DNA of 63,585 nucleotides, filler included, from Craspedostauros australis (GCA_030167865.1; 19 parts of 19 records of this genome joined end to end with filler, not necessarily neighbours in it); one strand, 5' to 3'; positions 1-11,981 are shown, counted from the whole stretch's first letter. The notes: generated from the sequence alone by a model not told the origin. Numbers and translations are program-made.

Positions 1-655
1 AAGTCTATTGTGGACCTCCTCCTCTGTGTGTCAAGAGTATGACGGACAACGGACAGACTAATCGTGAGACATGGTTTGAGTGGAATGACAAACTGGTATG
101 GCGAACGATGGATGTGAAAGGGAGACTGGAACACCGAAGTGTTCCAAGCATGAGGGTTGACCGGTTAACCTGAAACATCTATGCGAATGCGCTAACACAG
201 TTGAGTCGCTCGGAACCCAGAACATGATTACGTGACTGACAGAGAACCAGCGAAGGAGAACAAAGCGCGGACTGGAACAGCATCGAAGGACTGGACTGAT
301 CGTGCTAGAACTCCATGTTCTGAGCAAGTGTGATTGTTGGTGAGCATGTGAGAGGAGTGAGTGAACAACACGGAAGAGTGTACTGAATGAGTGATGGATG
401 CCTGATGAGAAGAGAGTGAATCAAGCATCAGCATGCATGCACCTCAGGAGTGTAGACCGATATCTCAGCAGACGAGCATGGTGAAATGCACTTGTCATGA
501 GCTATGAAATGGGCATGACAGAGAGAGAGATTGTAATGATGATTATGAGGGGCAACTACAGGAGGCCACCAGCATCATCATGGGCAAACGAGTCGACGAT
601 TTGAGAAATGAGTGTGTTGTTCCCACAGTTCTAAAACGGTACAGTTTAATAAGCA

Positions 656-1717
656 TTAGACTATATCTATAACTCCGGATTTCCAACAATCATTATTAGT
701 CAAGTGGCAGGATGCGCCGGTATCTCCCAACCATGTGTTTGCTTCATGTTGGTCTGGTGCAACCAACTCGCCGTTGCTCTCATTCGACTCGTGATCCTCG
801 ATCACCATGGCCATCTCGTGACCGAATCTTGCTGTATTGAAATGCTCCATCATCTCGACTTGGTGTTGAGGACTTCCCACAAGTGGTCTGGTCTTGGGGA
901 GTTCTGGACATTCCAGCCCGTCGCGTACTTCGGTGTCCTCCCAATTGTGCATCCACATGAGCCTTGATGCGGCCATCTTGCTCATCCTCATGATCAGGTG
1001 TTTGGGAAGTAGTGGTAGCCCTTTCTCTTCGAGCAGTTCGTTGATGACCACAATCTTGCATGACACATCGAATGCTCCGTTGAAGCCGATTTGAGTCAGC
1101 ATATAGTAGAGCTCTCGAGCTCCCATGCAGTTAGCTCCGTCTTCGATGGACTTCTTCCTCACATCGAAACAGAGGAGCGCGTCGTTGATACACACGTCGT
1201 TGGCTGCCAACACGTTGGATAGAGAGACTCTGATTGCGTCTTCCAAACAGTTGAACCTGCTCAGGATTGCTCGACGGCGGATCCTTTCAGGTTCCGTGGT
1301 TGTTGGGATGTCTCTGAACGCCCAACGTGCTCGAATCTTGAGCACGTCGAATTCGGTGCATCCTGTGCACCACGAATACATCGCTCCACGCGCGAGGCAG
1401 ATTGGACACCATGCATCCGTCCTGCTGCGTTCACACACGCGGTCGATTTCGTCGCGCAGGAAGTAGTCGATGGCGTTACTCATCCGAGTGCCCGCTGCTT
1501 CCTCATCTTGCGCAGGTGGCGCATTGTTGATATCGACGCCTGGCATCGCGATTTCGGTGTCCCCAATGCTCTCGTCTGATTCGAGCAAGTCACCGTTCAT
1601 GAGGTCGCGGATGCCTTCGTTGGTTGGTGATTCGACTGCTTCAGTCGAAGGGAACGTCTCCATGATTTCAAAGAGATCCTCTTCGAGTGCGCTTTCGAGT
1701 TCGATCTCGTCGAGATC
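656..1717 (-). pseudogene. Ty1/copia (CoDi-like) gag-pol fragment ending just after the protease active site
   Basis: The ORF is open from the contig edge. It carries the copia protease motif WLGDTGASCHLTN and stops about 12 codons later. An acidic region and a CxxC..CxxC motif lie upstream. Confidence 0.75.
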
Positions 1718-1817
1718 NNNNNNNNNNNNNNNNNNNNNNNNNNNNNNNNNNNNNNNNNNNNTTAATTAATTAANNNNNNNNNNNNNNNNNNNNNNNNNNN
1801 NNNNNNNNNNNNNNNNN
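1718..1817. other. Artificial contig spacer (first of 18)
   Basis: N44-TTAATTAATTAA-N44, with stops in all six frames. Identical spacers start at 3979, 11982, 13862, 15414, 16979, 18705, 23250, 32361, 38338, 39896, 42556, 49724, 51079, 52514, 56286, 57438 and 59271. Confidence 0.99.
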
Positions 1818-1852
1818 CTTCGTTTTCTTCTTGTTGCAGCGCGATTTCCTCC

Positions 1853-3978
1853 TCATCTGCTGTTGTGTGTTGTGCAGGCACGATCTCTGTGTGGGTGCTG
1901 TCCGCGTTCGTCGGTGGTGGGGTGTTCGTTGTGTTCGTTGTGTTTGTCGCGTTTTTTGTTTATCGTGATTTCCGGGGTACTAGTGTTCGCGGCCTTCGGT
2001 TTCGTGCGTTGGTAGGACGCGGACATGTACTGCTTCACTCGCATTGGGTTCACGTGTACCCGTGCATACCAGTCAGTCTTCATTTCGGTCGTCTCCATGC
2101 ACCGCCTGTATGCCTCGTACTCTGTTGGTCTGTTCTTCGGGTCCGCGCATGCCACTCTGCACACCTCCTCCAACACTTCCACCAGGTATGGGCGAATGGG
2201 CTCGTTGCGTTGCAGGGCTTTCGCAGCCCAACCAGGCTCAGCCAATCGTGGGTGTTCTGTTGCTGCTGTGGTGTCCTGCAGCACACTACTTACGTCAGGN
2301 GTCTCCAAGGCTGCCATGTTGATCGCTTCGAGGNANGTCAGCGCCTTGCTTTNGGTGGCACTCNTCGCGAACCTGAGGGTCTTTTTCTGCTTCCGNGGTG
2401 ATNTTGCTGTGAGTGGTTGTTGCGTCGATTGGTGTTCGTTGATGATGGGAACCTCGAAATTCATGATGTCATAGTCTTCCCATTCCGCTTCCTCCACACG
2501 CACTGGATCAGTGACATTTGATGCCGCAAGCAAGTCTGCGTAGCCGGTTCCATGTTGCACCTCGTGCGTTGATCGTACATTCATGCCCTTCGCGCGGAAC
2601 CTGTTGCGCGGATTTGTCTTGTGCATCACACAGCGACCTTCCAAACCTGATGCATCAACCAAGACAGTGGTAGTACCTCTGATATTTCCCATTCGCATCG
2701 CGTCGAAGATTTCGTGTTCGGTTTAAATTTTGCCGCCGCTTTGCACGTAGGATCGTAGTACGATAGTGATGTAGGCAAAGTGAGTGTCGATTCGCCCTTT
2801 GCCTGTTTGGGCTTCTGTGTAGATCCAAATGACAAATTGGGGAAGTCCGTTGCATGACGCATTCTTGTTGATCCGCGATGAGACGAGCGCGATGTGCTCG
2901 TGGCTGGCGAAGCAGCCCGCGTTGTCTGACTGCAGGATGATTTCTGTGACCGATGGTAGGAGATTGCGTACCTTCTTCTGGATGACTTTGAGAAGCCCAC
3001 CAACTTGGAGTGTGTCTTGGGTTGGCCGGCCATGAACAATTATATCAACAAAGCGATAAGTGAATTCATCATCTTTGCAGGTGACAATCATTACGCCAAG
3101 GAGCGACATGCCCTTCTTGCCCCAATACTCTGTCTGCGATTCTCCTTGCGCCGTCGGCAGAATCTTCTGCTTATGGTCGATGACAACGTAGGCGCACTTG
3201 TCATTGTTGTTGAGCTTGGCCTTGTACTTGTTCATCTGCTCGAATTGGACCTTTGCTCTCACTTGGTGTGCCATGTACGCAGTGATCTCGTTGTTGAAGC
3301 CCGGTACCGCCTCCAGCATACCGCCTAATTCATCCGCGTGGTCGCATAGATGATTGGCCTTGAGCGTCTCGATGAATGGGGCGACGCGATCATCCATGAA
3401 TCGCATTGCTTCTCCACATCTGTCGCATACCTTGCCTTGTTGATCGTGAGCGATGGGAGAAAGGGCGTTGGCGTCACACTCTGTGGTTGCTGTGGGAGGA
3501 TGAATGACCACGCATGCCGTATTGGTGTTGGCAGGCACTGTTGTGTTTTCGGTGCTGAGTGTAGACTTAGCCTGCTTCATTTTTGAATCCTTGCAAAGGG
3601 CGAAATGAGCGCAGTGCATGGGGTCTTCTTCACACTTGATCTGCATGTGTGAAGCAGTATACTCCCACTTGAGGAATGTAATCATAAGGTCCAGATCATG
3701 CACCAAGGTCTCACAGGTTTGAATATGCTCAACTGTGACGTCGTCATGTCCGTCATCACCATTGAATGAATCCCTGAGTAGAGCATTCAAGCGCACGAGC
3801 ATCTCCTTCAATGTCTTCGTTGCCATCCAGAAGTAGTTTTCGAAAGAGGAGAGGCCAGTAATCACTTTGCCTCTGCGTGTGAGCAGGCCTGTCATTGCTC
3901 GGAATGCTGGCTCGCCGACTGGGTTGTTCGTCGCAGTCTTGTACATTGCGAACAGCTCGTCTACGCTCGTTCCGCCAC
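1853..3978 (-). pseudogene. Sola-type (probably Sola3-like) DDD transposase, 5'-partial, with one in-frame TAA
   Basis: Motifs DHKQKILP..ESQTEYWGKKG, LQSDNAGCF and TEAQTGKGRIDTHF. ORFs 2723-3946 and 1853-2698 share a frame and are separated by TAA at 2723-2725 (GGKI*TEHEIFDAMR). Confidence 0.6.
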
Positions 3979-4078
3979 NNNNNNNNNNNNNNNNNNNNNN
4001 NNNNNNNNNNNNNNNNNNNNNNTTAATTAATTAANNNNNNNNNNNNNNNNNNNNNNNNNNNNNNNNNNNNNNNNNNNN

Positions 4079-5670
4079 GGTGAAGCCTCCGGAGTACAGC
4101 AGGAATCCGATTTCTTTGACTTCTTCTGCATCCTGGAGTTGAGCTTCGTATAGCCCCTCGTGCTCGTTGTAGTAGTAGGCATTGAGTTCTGAGTTCCTGT
4201 TGGCTGTGATGTCAAATGGGTTCTCTCTGGTAGTGATGCGCACTTTGGAGTAGGTGATTCCTGTTGCTCCTGAAGGGGCTCGAAGTCCAGGGAAGAAGGT
4301 TCGGAGTTCGTCCATCCTTTCTGGGATCTGTCCGGAGTGTGCAATGTGCGGTCCTGTGTTGCTGGACTCTCTCCATGGCAGTATCACTGCAGACGGGTCA
4401 ATTCTCCGGACTTGTCTGAACCAGCGTCGGATGCGGTCTTGGACTGCTGCCGTCGTGTCTTCCTCTGTTCGGTCAACATTGAGTTTGATGGTGAACCGGG
4501 TGGTGAACTCATGTCTTGGCGGCGCTATCTTCGTTTGCGATGTGTTGGACTCCTCGTCGGAGCTGACTGAGTGGTCATCTGTCCTTGCTGTCGTTGGTGT
4601 TTGCAGGTTCTTGCTTTGTCGGGTGTTGGTGACGCCTGAGTCTGTGGACGTATCGCTGCCTTGCGCTGACCCTGTGGACTGTGAGCTTCCTCCGCTTTGC
4701 TGACTGACCCAGTGCGAGTTCGTGGTGTGTCTCGGTGATTTGAATCTGGTCCTTTTCGTTGGCTGTCTGCTGGTGTATGAGTCACTGTCGGTGCTGAGCG
4801 ATTCTGTGTTCAGATGTGTTGGCATTTACGCCGCTGCTGGTCCTTTCGGTTCGTTTGGGTCGGTTGGGGAGTCCTCGTTGGTGTGTAGTGTCAGCCCTTC
4901 CATGCCTGTCTCGTTATCATCTGCGTCTTCGGCAGGTGCTGCTCCCAGATCATAGTTGGACCCAAGGACTCGATTCGCTGCTTTCCAGACTTTGACTGCT
5001 CTGGCGCTTTTCACCGTGCCATTGCTGTTGAGATGGGCGCGGAACACTTTGTGCGGGTTGGTTGATGCCACATTTAGTACGAACTGTAGGAGACGCATTC
5101 TTGTGGGGTCTTTGTTAGGCAGTGTGATCGGCCCGAAAGCGGTTACTCTGCTGTCTGCCAGGTCTCTGAAGAAGTGTTCCCATTGCTTGGTTGTTGGATT
5201 CTCTTGATCTGCGGTTGCTTCATCTTTGTTGTACCATATTGCTCGTGCTCTCCATGCTGCCTTTGCGGCTCTGTCGATGGATCCGTCGCCGGTGGCTTTC
5301 TCGAATGGCTCTACTTCGACGCCCGTCTTGTTGGCTGCTGTCTTTAATGTATTGGATCGGGGCCTGTATGTGATGGACACATCATCTGGATCGTCCTCCT
5401 CCATTCCGCCGTCGTATGGGATCGCTCTTTTTGCTTGTCTTCGGGCTCGGTGTTGGTTGCTTGCATCTATACTTCCTTTGGCTGGGGGTTTGTCGGGCTC
5501 CTTGGGCGGAGGCTTCAAAGTTGGTGCTTCCTCGGGTTCGGTCTCTTCGCGATGGCTCATGTTGGGTTGGTTGTTCGAAGTCATGTTGCTTGGCTGTTGT
5601 TTGTGTTGTGTTAGGGGATTAATTAGTTTTTATTTTTATTTGGTTTGGTTTGTCGGAATTCCGAATCTAT
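4079..5670 (-). mobile_element. 5' part of a probable non-LTR retrotransposon (Ambal-like ORF1) with one in-frame stop
   Basis: ORFs 4826-5584 and 4079-4825 are in frame, separated only by TAA at 4826-4828. RIDPSAVILPW and LQDAEEVKEIGFLLYS resemble diatom LINE ORF1 proteins as I recall them. An A/C-rich leader lies at 5585-5650. No RT is present in the contig, so the assignment is inference. Confidence 0.45.
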
Positions 5671-6612
5671 CACACGGGTGGCACGCCAATAGTCCCTCTT
5701 GGATGGTGCAGTCCATACTCCCATGTAGTAATACATTGCCAGGAATATGTAAAGCTCAGAAATTGTGATGGCAGGAGCCATGCTGCCACTCTTCCGGAGA
5801 TGGTTGTTGGAATGCCATTGGATTCTTTCCAGCAATGTAGATGGAAATATGATCTCCAGAAGGCTGTCCACTGTTGTCTTCACATTCCGGATGCCAGCAA
5901 ATCTTGGCTTGTGATTTCCAATTGGTAGGGGAGAGTATGGAGGAGGAACCGTTGGATGAAGCAGAGGTACTGGAGGAGTGGCAATGTTGTTGCCTGGGGA
6001 GGCTGTATGGCGGGATTTGCAGGGTGACTTGGTGGATTTGTTGGAGAAGACAGTGTTGTGCTGGGATTGCCCATCCATTGGTGTTGGGAATGGAGGGAAG
6101 TTCAGCTGCGGAAAGGTTCTCTGGTTGCTGTCATCACCAGTGAAGAATGCACAACCATGGCAACTACCTCGTGTGGTGGTGGTGTCTCTGGAGAACTCTT
6201 GTGTGCTGCTGCTGTCAGTGTAGGATTTGTGTGTTGGTGAAGGGATGGGGCTGACAGTGCTGCCATTTGTGGCATTCTCCTGACCAGACTGATCACTTGT
6301 GTCATTGTCCAATGAGGAGGCAGTGATACCTGATGCAGGCAGATTTGGATTGCCCCAAACATTGCTGCTGTTGCAGGATTTGTTGTTTCCAAGGAAGTCT
6401 CTGTAGGTTGGACTTTGCTCAGAATTGGATGTGTTGTTGTTAGCTGCAAAGAAGATGGCAGAGGAAGGCATTCCATTGAGGAATATGATGTGTGGCCGTG
6501 AGCTGCTGTAGGGTGATCTGTCGTATGCATGGTGCATGTGTGAGGGTGAGGTGGGTGATAGGCCTGTGCGGGGCGCAGGCTTTCGTGAAGGCTTTTTTTG
6601 GGGATCAACCAT
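5670..6612 (-). pseudogene. piggyBac-like transposase N-terminal part, interrupted
   Basis: LLEIIFPSTLLERIQWHSN..ITISELYIFLAMYYYMGVWTAPSKRDYW matches the N-terminal block of piggyBac (DDE_Tnp_1_7) transposases. Similarity stops abruptly near 5670. The DNA is CpG-poor. Confidence 0.75.
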
Positions 6613-6629
6613 GACAAAGCTTTTGAATT

Positions 6630-7262
6630 GGGTGATGTCGTGATGCTGCAATGATGTGATGTCGCAATGTTGGGATGCTGCAATGTTGCGATGCTGTGAT
6701 GCTGCGATGTTGTGATGATGTGATGTTGCAATGCTGCGATACTATGATACTGTGATGATGTGATGCTGCCATGTCACAATGTTGTGATGTTGGGATGCTG
6801 TGATGCTGCAATGTTGCGATGCTGCGATGTTGGGATGCTGTGATCTTGCGATGCTGCGATGCTGTGATGGTGTGATGCTGCAATGATGTGATGCTGCAAT
6901 GTTGGGATGCTGTGATGCCGAGATGCTGCAATGCTGTGATACTGCAATCTTGCAATGCTGTGATGCTGTGATGCTGCGATGCCGCAATGCTGTGACGCTG
7001 CAATGTTGGGATGCTGTGATGCTGCGATGTTGGGATGCTGTGACGCTGCGATGATGTGATGCTGCGATGTTGGGATGCTGTGATGCTGCGATCTTGCAAT
7101 GCTGTGACGCTGCGATGTTGGGATGCTGTGATGCCGCGATGCTGTGATGTTGGGATGCTGCAATGTTGTGATGCTGCGATGCTGCGATGTTGTGATGTAG
7201 CCATCCTGTGATGTTGTGATGCTGTGATGCTCACATGATGCGATGCTCACATGCTGTGATGC
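6630..7262. repeat. 8-bp tandem repeat, consensus GATGCTG(C/T), about 75-80 degenerate units
   Basis: Directly visible units GATGCTGT, GATGCTGC, AATGCTGT and GATGTTGG. Confidence 0.95.
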
Positions 7263-8457
7263 TCGTTGAACGGTAAGAGAAGCAGGCACCACAACCCGCA
7301 AGCAGCACATTGGTAGCAAGAGGCATGCTGATACGTAACAACAAAGGCATGACGTGTGGGTGTTGGCAAGGAAGCGGATTCGAAAAACGAAAATGCGACT
7401 TCGCCAATTTGGCGATTCGCGTCTCGCCAATGGAATGAGTGACAGTCCCGCAGCTCAAAATCGATTCACGAGTACTTTAGGCAACTATATCAACCTAAAG
7501 ACAGTAACAGACATATAAATGGGATAGCATGGTTGGAAACAGGAGCTCGAGAAGATTAAGAATATGCAAAAGAAAGAGGTTCCCACTTGTAGGCGTTGGG
7601 GTCAAAAATTCGACTAACTGATTTCGATTTGTTTATCGCCCAATTATTGGGCGATAGGTCGTAAAGGGATAGTACCATACGCTGCCTTTTGATGCCATGG
7701 TGCCTCCCGCAGGTCACTTGCGCAATGCCAATGTGCAGATGATGTACAATAGTAACGAAGAGACGAGATCTTTCGATTACCTCTCGATTCCCACCCATGC
7801 ATGGTGTTCCGTGTGATTCGATCAGCCAACCTGATGAGGGAGGATGCGATGAGAGCATCGATCCTGCAAACTCGTAGAGTCGAGGAGGGCTGAGCTGTCC
7901 CATCGTCATCGCAGCCTTGGCGAGCAAGCTTTAGGAAGGCATTCCGCTCTCAGTCGTGGGTGGTGGTGACCCCCCATGTGCCATGGGGCTTGTTTGTTTG
8001 CGTGTCTGTGTAGGCTTGTATGGAGACTATGATGCTCGACTTGTATCATCGGTCGATGCCCCCCGTTGTGCATCGGTACATGGATGCGCATGCCATGATC
8101 ATCCCATGAATGTGAATACTCGCGGCTCGCAATTTTGCAAGAGAGACGATCGGGTGAGACGGCGATCTCATCATGGTGGAGTACAAGAGGGAGGGTATGG
8201 AATGCGCCCTTCGAACTTTTTCATGTCGTTTGGAAGGATGGTGAAGACGGCGACGATGACGATGGTGTGTGACGGAGCAGTTCCAAGCCACTCTCCTCTC
8301 AGGCACACGAGCACCGGTCGTCAAAACGACCATGGCGCACTCAGACGCCATCGTTTTCCATCGCCATCGTTCATACGCACAGTAGCTGCTGCTCAGCGAT
8401 CGTCAGCCATCACCCATCTACCCAAACTGGACGAACACTGCTGATCACAAGCTCGCG

Positions 8458-8627
8458 TGAAATGTCAAAGTGCACAAGTAACTACTGTAGACGTATTGGC
8501 CCGTTGTTGCGTGCCCTGGTCGGACCTCTTGTTCTTTCTTTGTGAGTTGTCCGAAGACAAACCTCCGACCAGTATTTGTGACTAATATGATTAGTAAAGA
8601 GGTAAGAAGGTACAGAGAAAGTTGTCA
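8458..8627 (-). repeat. Probable 3' LTR of the copia element (TGACAAC...TTTCA, about 170 bp)
   Basis: It starts TGA directly after the purine-rich AAGGGGCG (PPT-like), and this TGA is also the pol stop. The 8458 end is a best guess because there is no second LTR to compare. Confidence 0.55.
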
Positions 8628-11600
8628 CGCCCCTTGATCTCGAGGTAGACCCGGATAGAAGAGAGCGGTGACAAGAAGTGTTAGTTGTGGCCTCGCCAAT
8701 GCCTTGGTGAGCATATCAGCGAAGTTGTGGATCGACGGGACGTGTACTGGGACCAGTATCCCGGCGCCGACGGCCTCACGGACCCGATGGAATGAGATGG
8801 CCACATGCTTCTTTTGCAGTAGGCTGTCTGCGATGGTCGTGTTCGAGATTACTGAATTGTTGTCACAGAAAGTGACCGCGGGTGATTTGACGCGTACTCC
8901 CAGCGATCGGAGCGCGTATCGTAGTGCAATGATTTCCTCCGTCACGGACCGCATAGCGTTGAATTCCGCGCCGTATGTTGACGTGGTAACCGATGTTTGC
9001 CTCTTGCTTGTGAAATACACAGGAGTCCTGCCAAGGAATAGTATGATCCCAGTGTTGGATCGCCGTGTGACAAGATCGTGTGCGTGGTCCGCATCGACGA
9101 ACGCATACATAGGCAGCTCAGGGTAGATCGGCTTGGGCGATCGGTCGTCGATTTCCTCCGCCGCCTCAGGATATTCTTCCTTCATTTGCGCCACCAATTC
9201 TGGGTTGGACGGCGTCGAGTTGAAGTTGTCAAGTATCATGGGCCTGGAGTCGACTTGCGTTCGGAGTGTGGACTTTCCTTTCAGGTAGCCCCAGATCTTG
9301 AGTGCTCGCACAAGATGTCCTTTTCGTGGTGATGCAGTGAATCGAGAAAGTGAAGAAGTTGCAAAGGCGACGTCGAAACGTCCAAGTTGAACGACCCAGT
9401 TCAGCATGCCGATAAGTTGCTGGAACTGCTAGTGTTCATCAGGTGTTAGTAGTTCGGTATCGTCCGTCTCCGGATGATCCTTGTTGCGCATCGGTACTTG
9501 CTGTTCGTGCAGCGTGCCATGTTGTCGCTCGACTTTGTCCAGCGCATTGACGATGTACTTGTCGCATCCGACACTCCATTTGCCTTTCGCATTCTTGGAG
9601 TAGTTGTTGCCCAGATAGTATTTGGGTGGTCCAATGTCTTTGATCGTGTCGACCTGTTGGATAGACTTCATGTATTGATCTGGATCCTTGGCCACGATCT
9701 TGAAGTCGTCGACATGCGTGCAGATGTAATCGTAGCCAGTGTCGTCTCTGAGCTTGATCCATACATCTTGGTCGTGTCGCGATGGGGAGAACCCCATGGA
9801 TGAGAGTGTGTTTGCGAAGTGAGCGTGGAATCGTTGTGCACTCGATCTGAGTCCATACAGCGCCTTCTTGAGCACGATTGTCTGGCCTTCACGGTGGTCG
9901 AATTCCTTGGCGGCTCTCGCGTAGATTCTCTCGTTGGTGTATGCGTTGACGAATGCATTGCCCACATCGCCGCATAGTTGCTTCAGCTTGTTGGTGTCTG
10001 CAATGACGTCGAGTATGCGAACACTGGTGGACTTCACTGTGGACGAGTATACTCTGATGTTGTCAGCAAGCTCGATGAGGTGACCTCCGGCGACCAGACG
10101 CCCCTTGCGTCGCAGATCTTGTTTGACTGCGAAGATCAGCCGTAGCTTGGTGCTCTGATAGTCTGAGGAAGGTTGATGAGTGGATGGGTGAAATTCGAAG
10201 CAGTCGAGCTCGATGAGAGCATCGATCTCCTTCTTGGCTGCGTCGCGCCAAAGTGTATTCCCATTCGCTTCGTCAAGCTGGAGTGCGTGCTTCATGTTGC
10301 ATGGCACTTCCACTCCGTACTGGAACATGGTGGCAAAGACGTCCTTCTTTGGTTTCTTCTTCCCTGGCCGTATGCGTCTCAGTATGGATATGTTGTCGTC
10401 GTCGTCAATTGTGAATTGGTGCGTGCGCTCGATGCGTTGCATGCGTCGTCGGATCGCTCGCACGGCGTGCTTTGCCCATTTCAGCATTGTTGTCGACTGC
10501 CGATTGTGTCTGTCATGCCGTTTCGGTTCGTTTGCGATGATGTATCTCGCCACGATCTCAGGATGGTCTGCCCTCAGGATGTCGTATCTGAACCATTGTG
10601 TCTCGTCGTTGTCCCATTTCGCGTTGAGATGAAGATGTCCGTCTCGGAATGAATGGCCTGCGACAGATGTGATGGCTGGATCGTTCGTTTCGTCCTTGGT
10701 GATCTGATTTTGGAACATTTCGTCATGCTCGCGCTCAGCCAGAGTGTCGATACGCCCCTGAATCCGTCGCTTGGGAGGATCTGGGATCCTCACCGGCTCG
10801 TAGTCATCGGATTCGTCCGAGATGTTGCCAGTGGATCGATCGTCGTCCCCGTCGTCGTCGGATATTGCGCCCGTGGGCCCGCTGTCGCGGTCGTTGTCGT
10901 CGTCTGCGACGATATTTGGCTGACCGAACCATCGGTCTTCATTGGGAGTGCTGTTTTCATTCACCGCGACGCCCCTGACCTCCGGTGGTCCTGCTTCAGG
11001 GATGCAAGCTGCCGCCCCTGACCGCACGGCAATTGCGTCGATGGCCTCACGGACCTGTCGAGCAAGTTTCGCCGGCATAGTCTTGGTTCGTGCCCGCTGC
11101 CCCGATTCGCCATTGGTTTGATAGTGGATCAGATCGAGGCGTGCGATTCGTTGCACTTCCTCGTCGGTAATTTGCGGTGCACTTGCGTCTTCCGCGATTC
11201 GTGGTTTCACGATGTTGCGCACCAGGGCCGTGCCCTTGGTTACGTCTTCGCCTTTTGGCGACCAAATGTGATAGGTGAAAGGGTCCCCATGGTCCCCATG
11301 CAATCCCCAAGAAATGCCCAGGTTTGAATGGGTGGTGCGGGAACTTCGTCATCGGCTCAAAATACCAGACCGGCTGAAAGAATGTGAACCGGAACATGGA
11401 GATGTCCGGCGTGTTGCCTTGTAGCATCTCGATTGGAGTGCGCCATTGAATGCTTTCTTTGGCGGTGTAGTTCCACACGTCGATAACATGTTGCACTGCG
11501 TGACACCAAAACGTGAGCGGTGCAGTCGCGGCCCAGAGCATCTGATACGCGTGTCGCTTGATGTTCCCGATGGCTCGCTCTGCGCGGTTCTGGTTCTGGT

Positions 11601-11981
11601 TCATTGGAGCGGTGAAGGAGTGCTTGATCATGTACCTTGTGGTTACAGCCTTCCATGCCTTACCGGCTTGGACTTGCGAGTTGTCCGAGATGAGTAGATC
11701 CGGTGCCCCGACCTGCACAATGAATTCCATCAGCGCCCCTGGTGTCATCGCCTCCCTTTGGAGCGGCTTGGCCCAGATGAACTTGGATTCGCTGTGTGTG
11801 AAGAGTTGGATGCATCGGTATTGTCGGATGGATGGGACCGTGGAGAAAAATGGATCTGTGTCCACCCTTCCCTTGATTCGGTATGGTTGCAACGCACCTA
11901 CTTGCTGTGCTCGATACTGCCTTGGGATGAGTCTTGACTCGGCCTCGATGGGTGTGTCGGCCAGCTGGGTGGATGCTTCCT
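8625..11981 (-). mobile_element. Ty1/copia CoDi-I-like pol (integrase, chromodomain-like, RT, RNase H), disrupted
   Basis: Integrase VDTD/ISDN/NRAE, RT YICTHVDD, RNase H FVDADHA/GAEF/CDN/ADMLTK in copia order. One extra G in a G-run near 11295 shifts the frame (GIAW-DHGDPFTY), and there is an in-frame TAG at 9429-9431. Confidence 0.95.

Noticed and set aside
615..688. 74-bp TGTTG...CAACA mini solo-LTR
   Set aside because: The flanks (GAGTG and ATCAT) are not a target duplication, and the length is implausibly short.
6605..7430. SQH-rich ORFs in several frames
   Set aside because: By-products of the 8-bp repeat. All three minus frames give the same peptide pattern.
8516..8572. Possible hammerhead ribozyme in the LTR
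   Set aside because: There is no CUGANGA core on the sense strand. Kept only as a generic structure.
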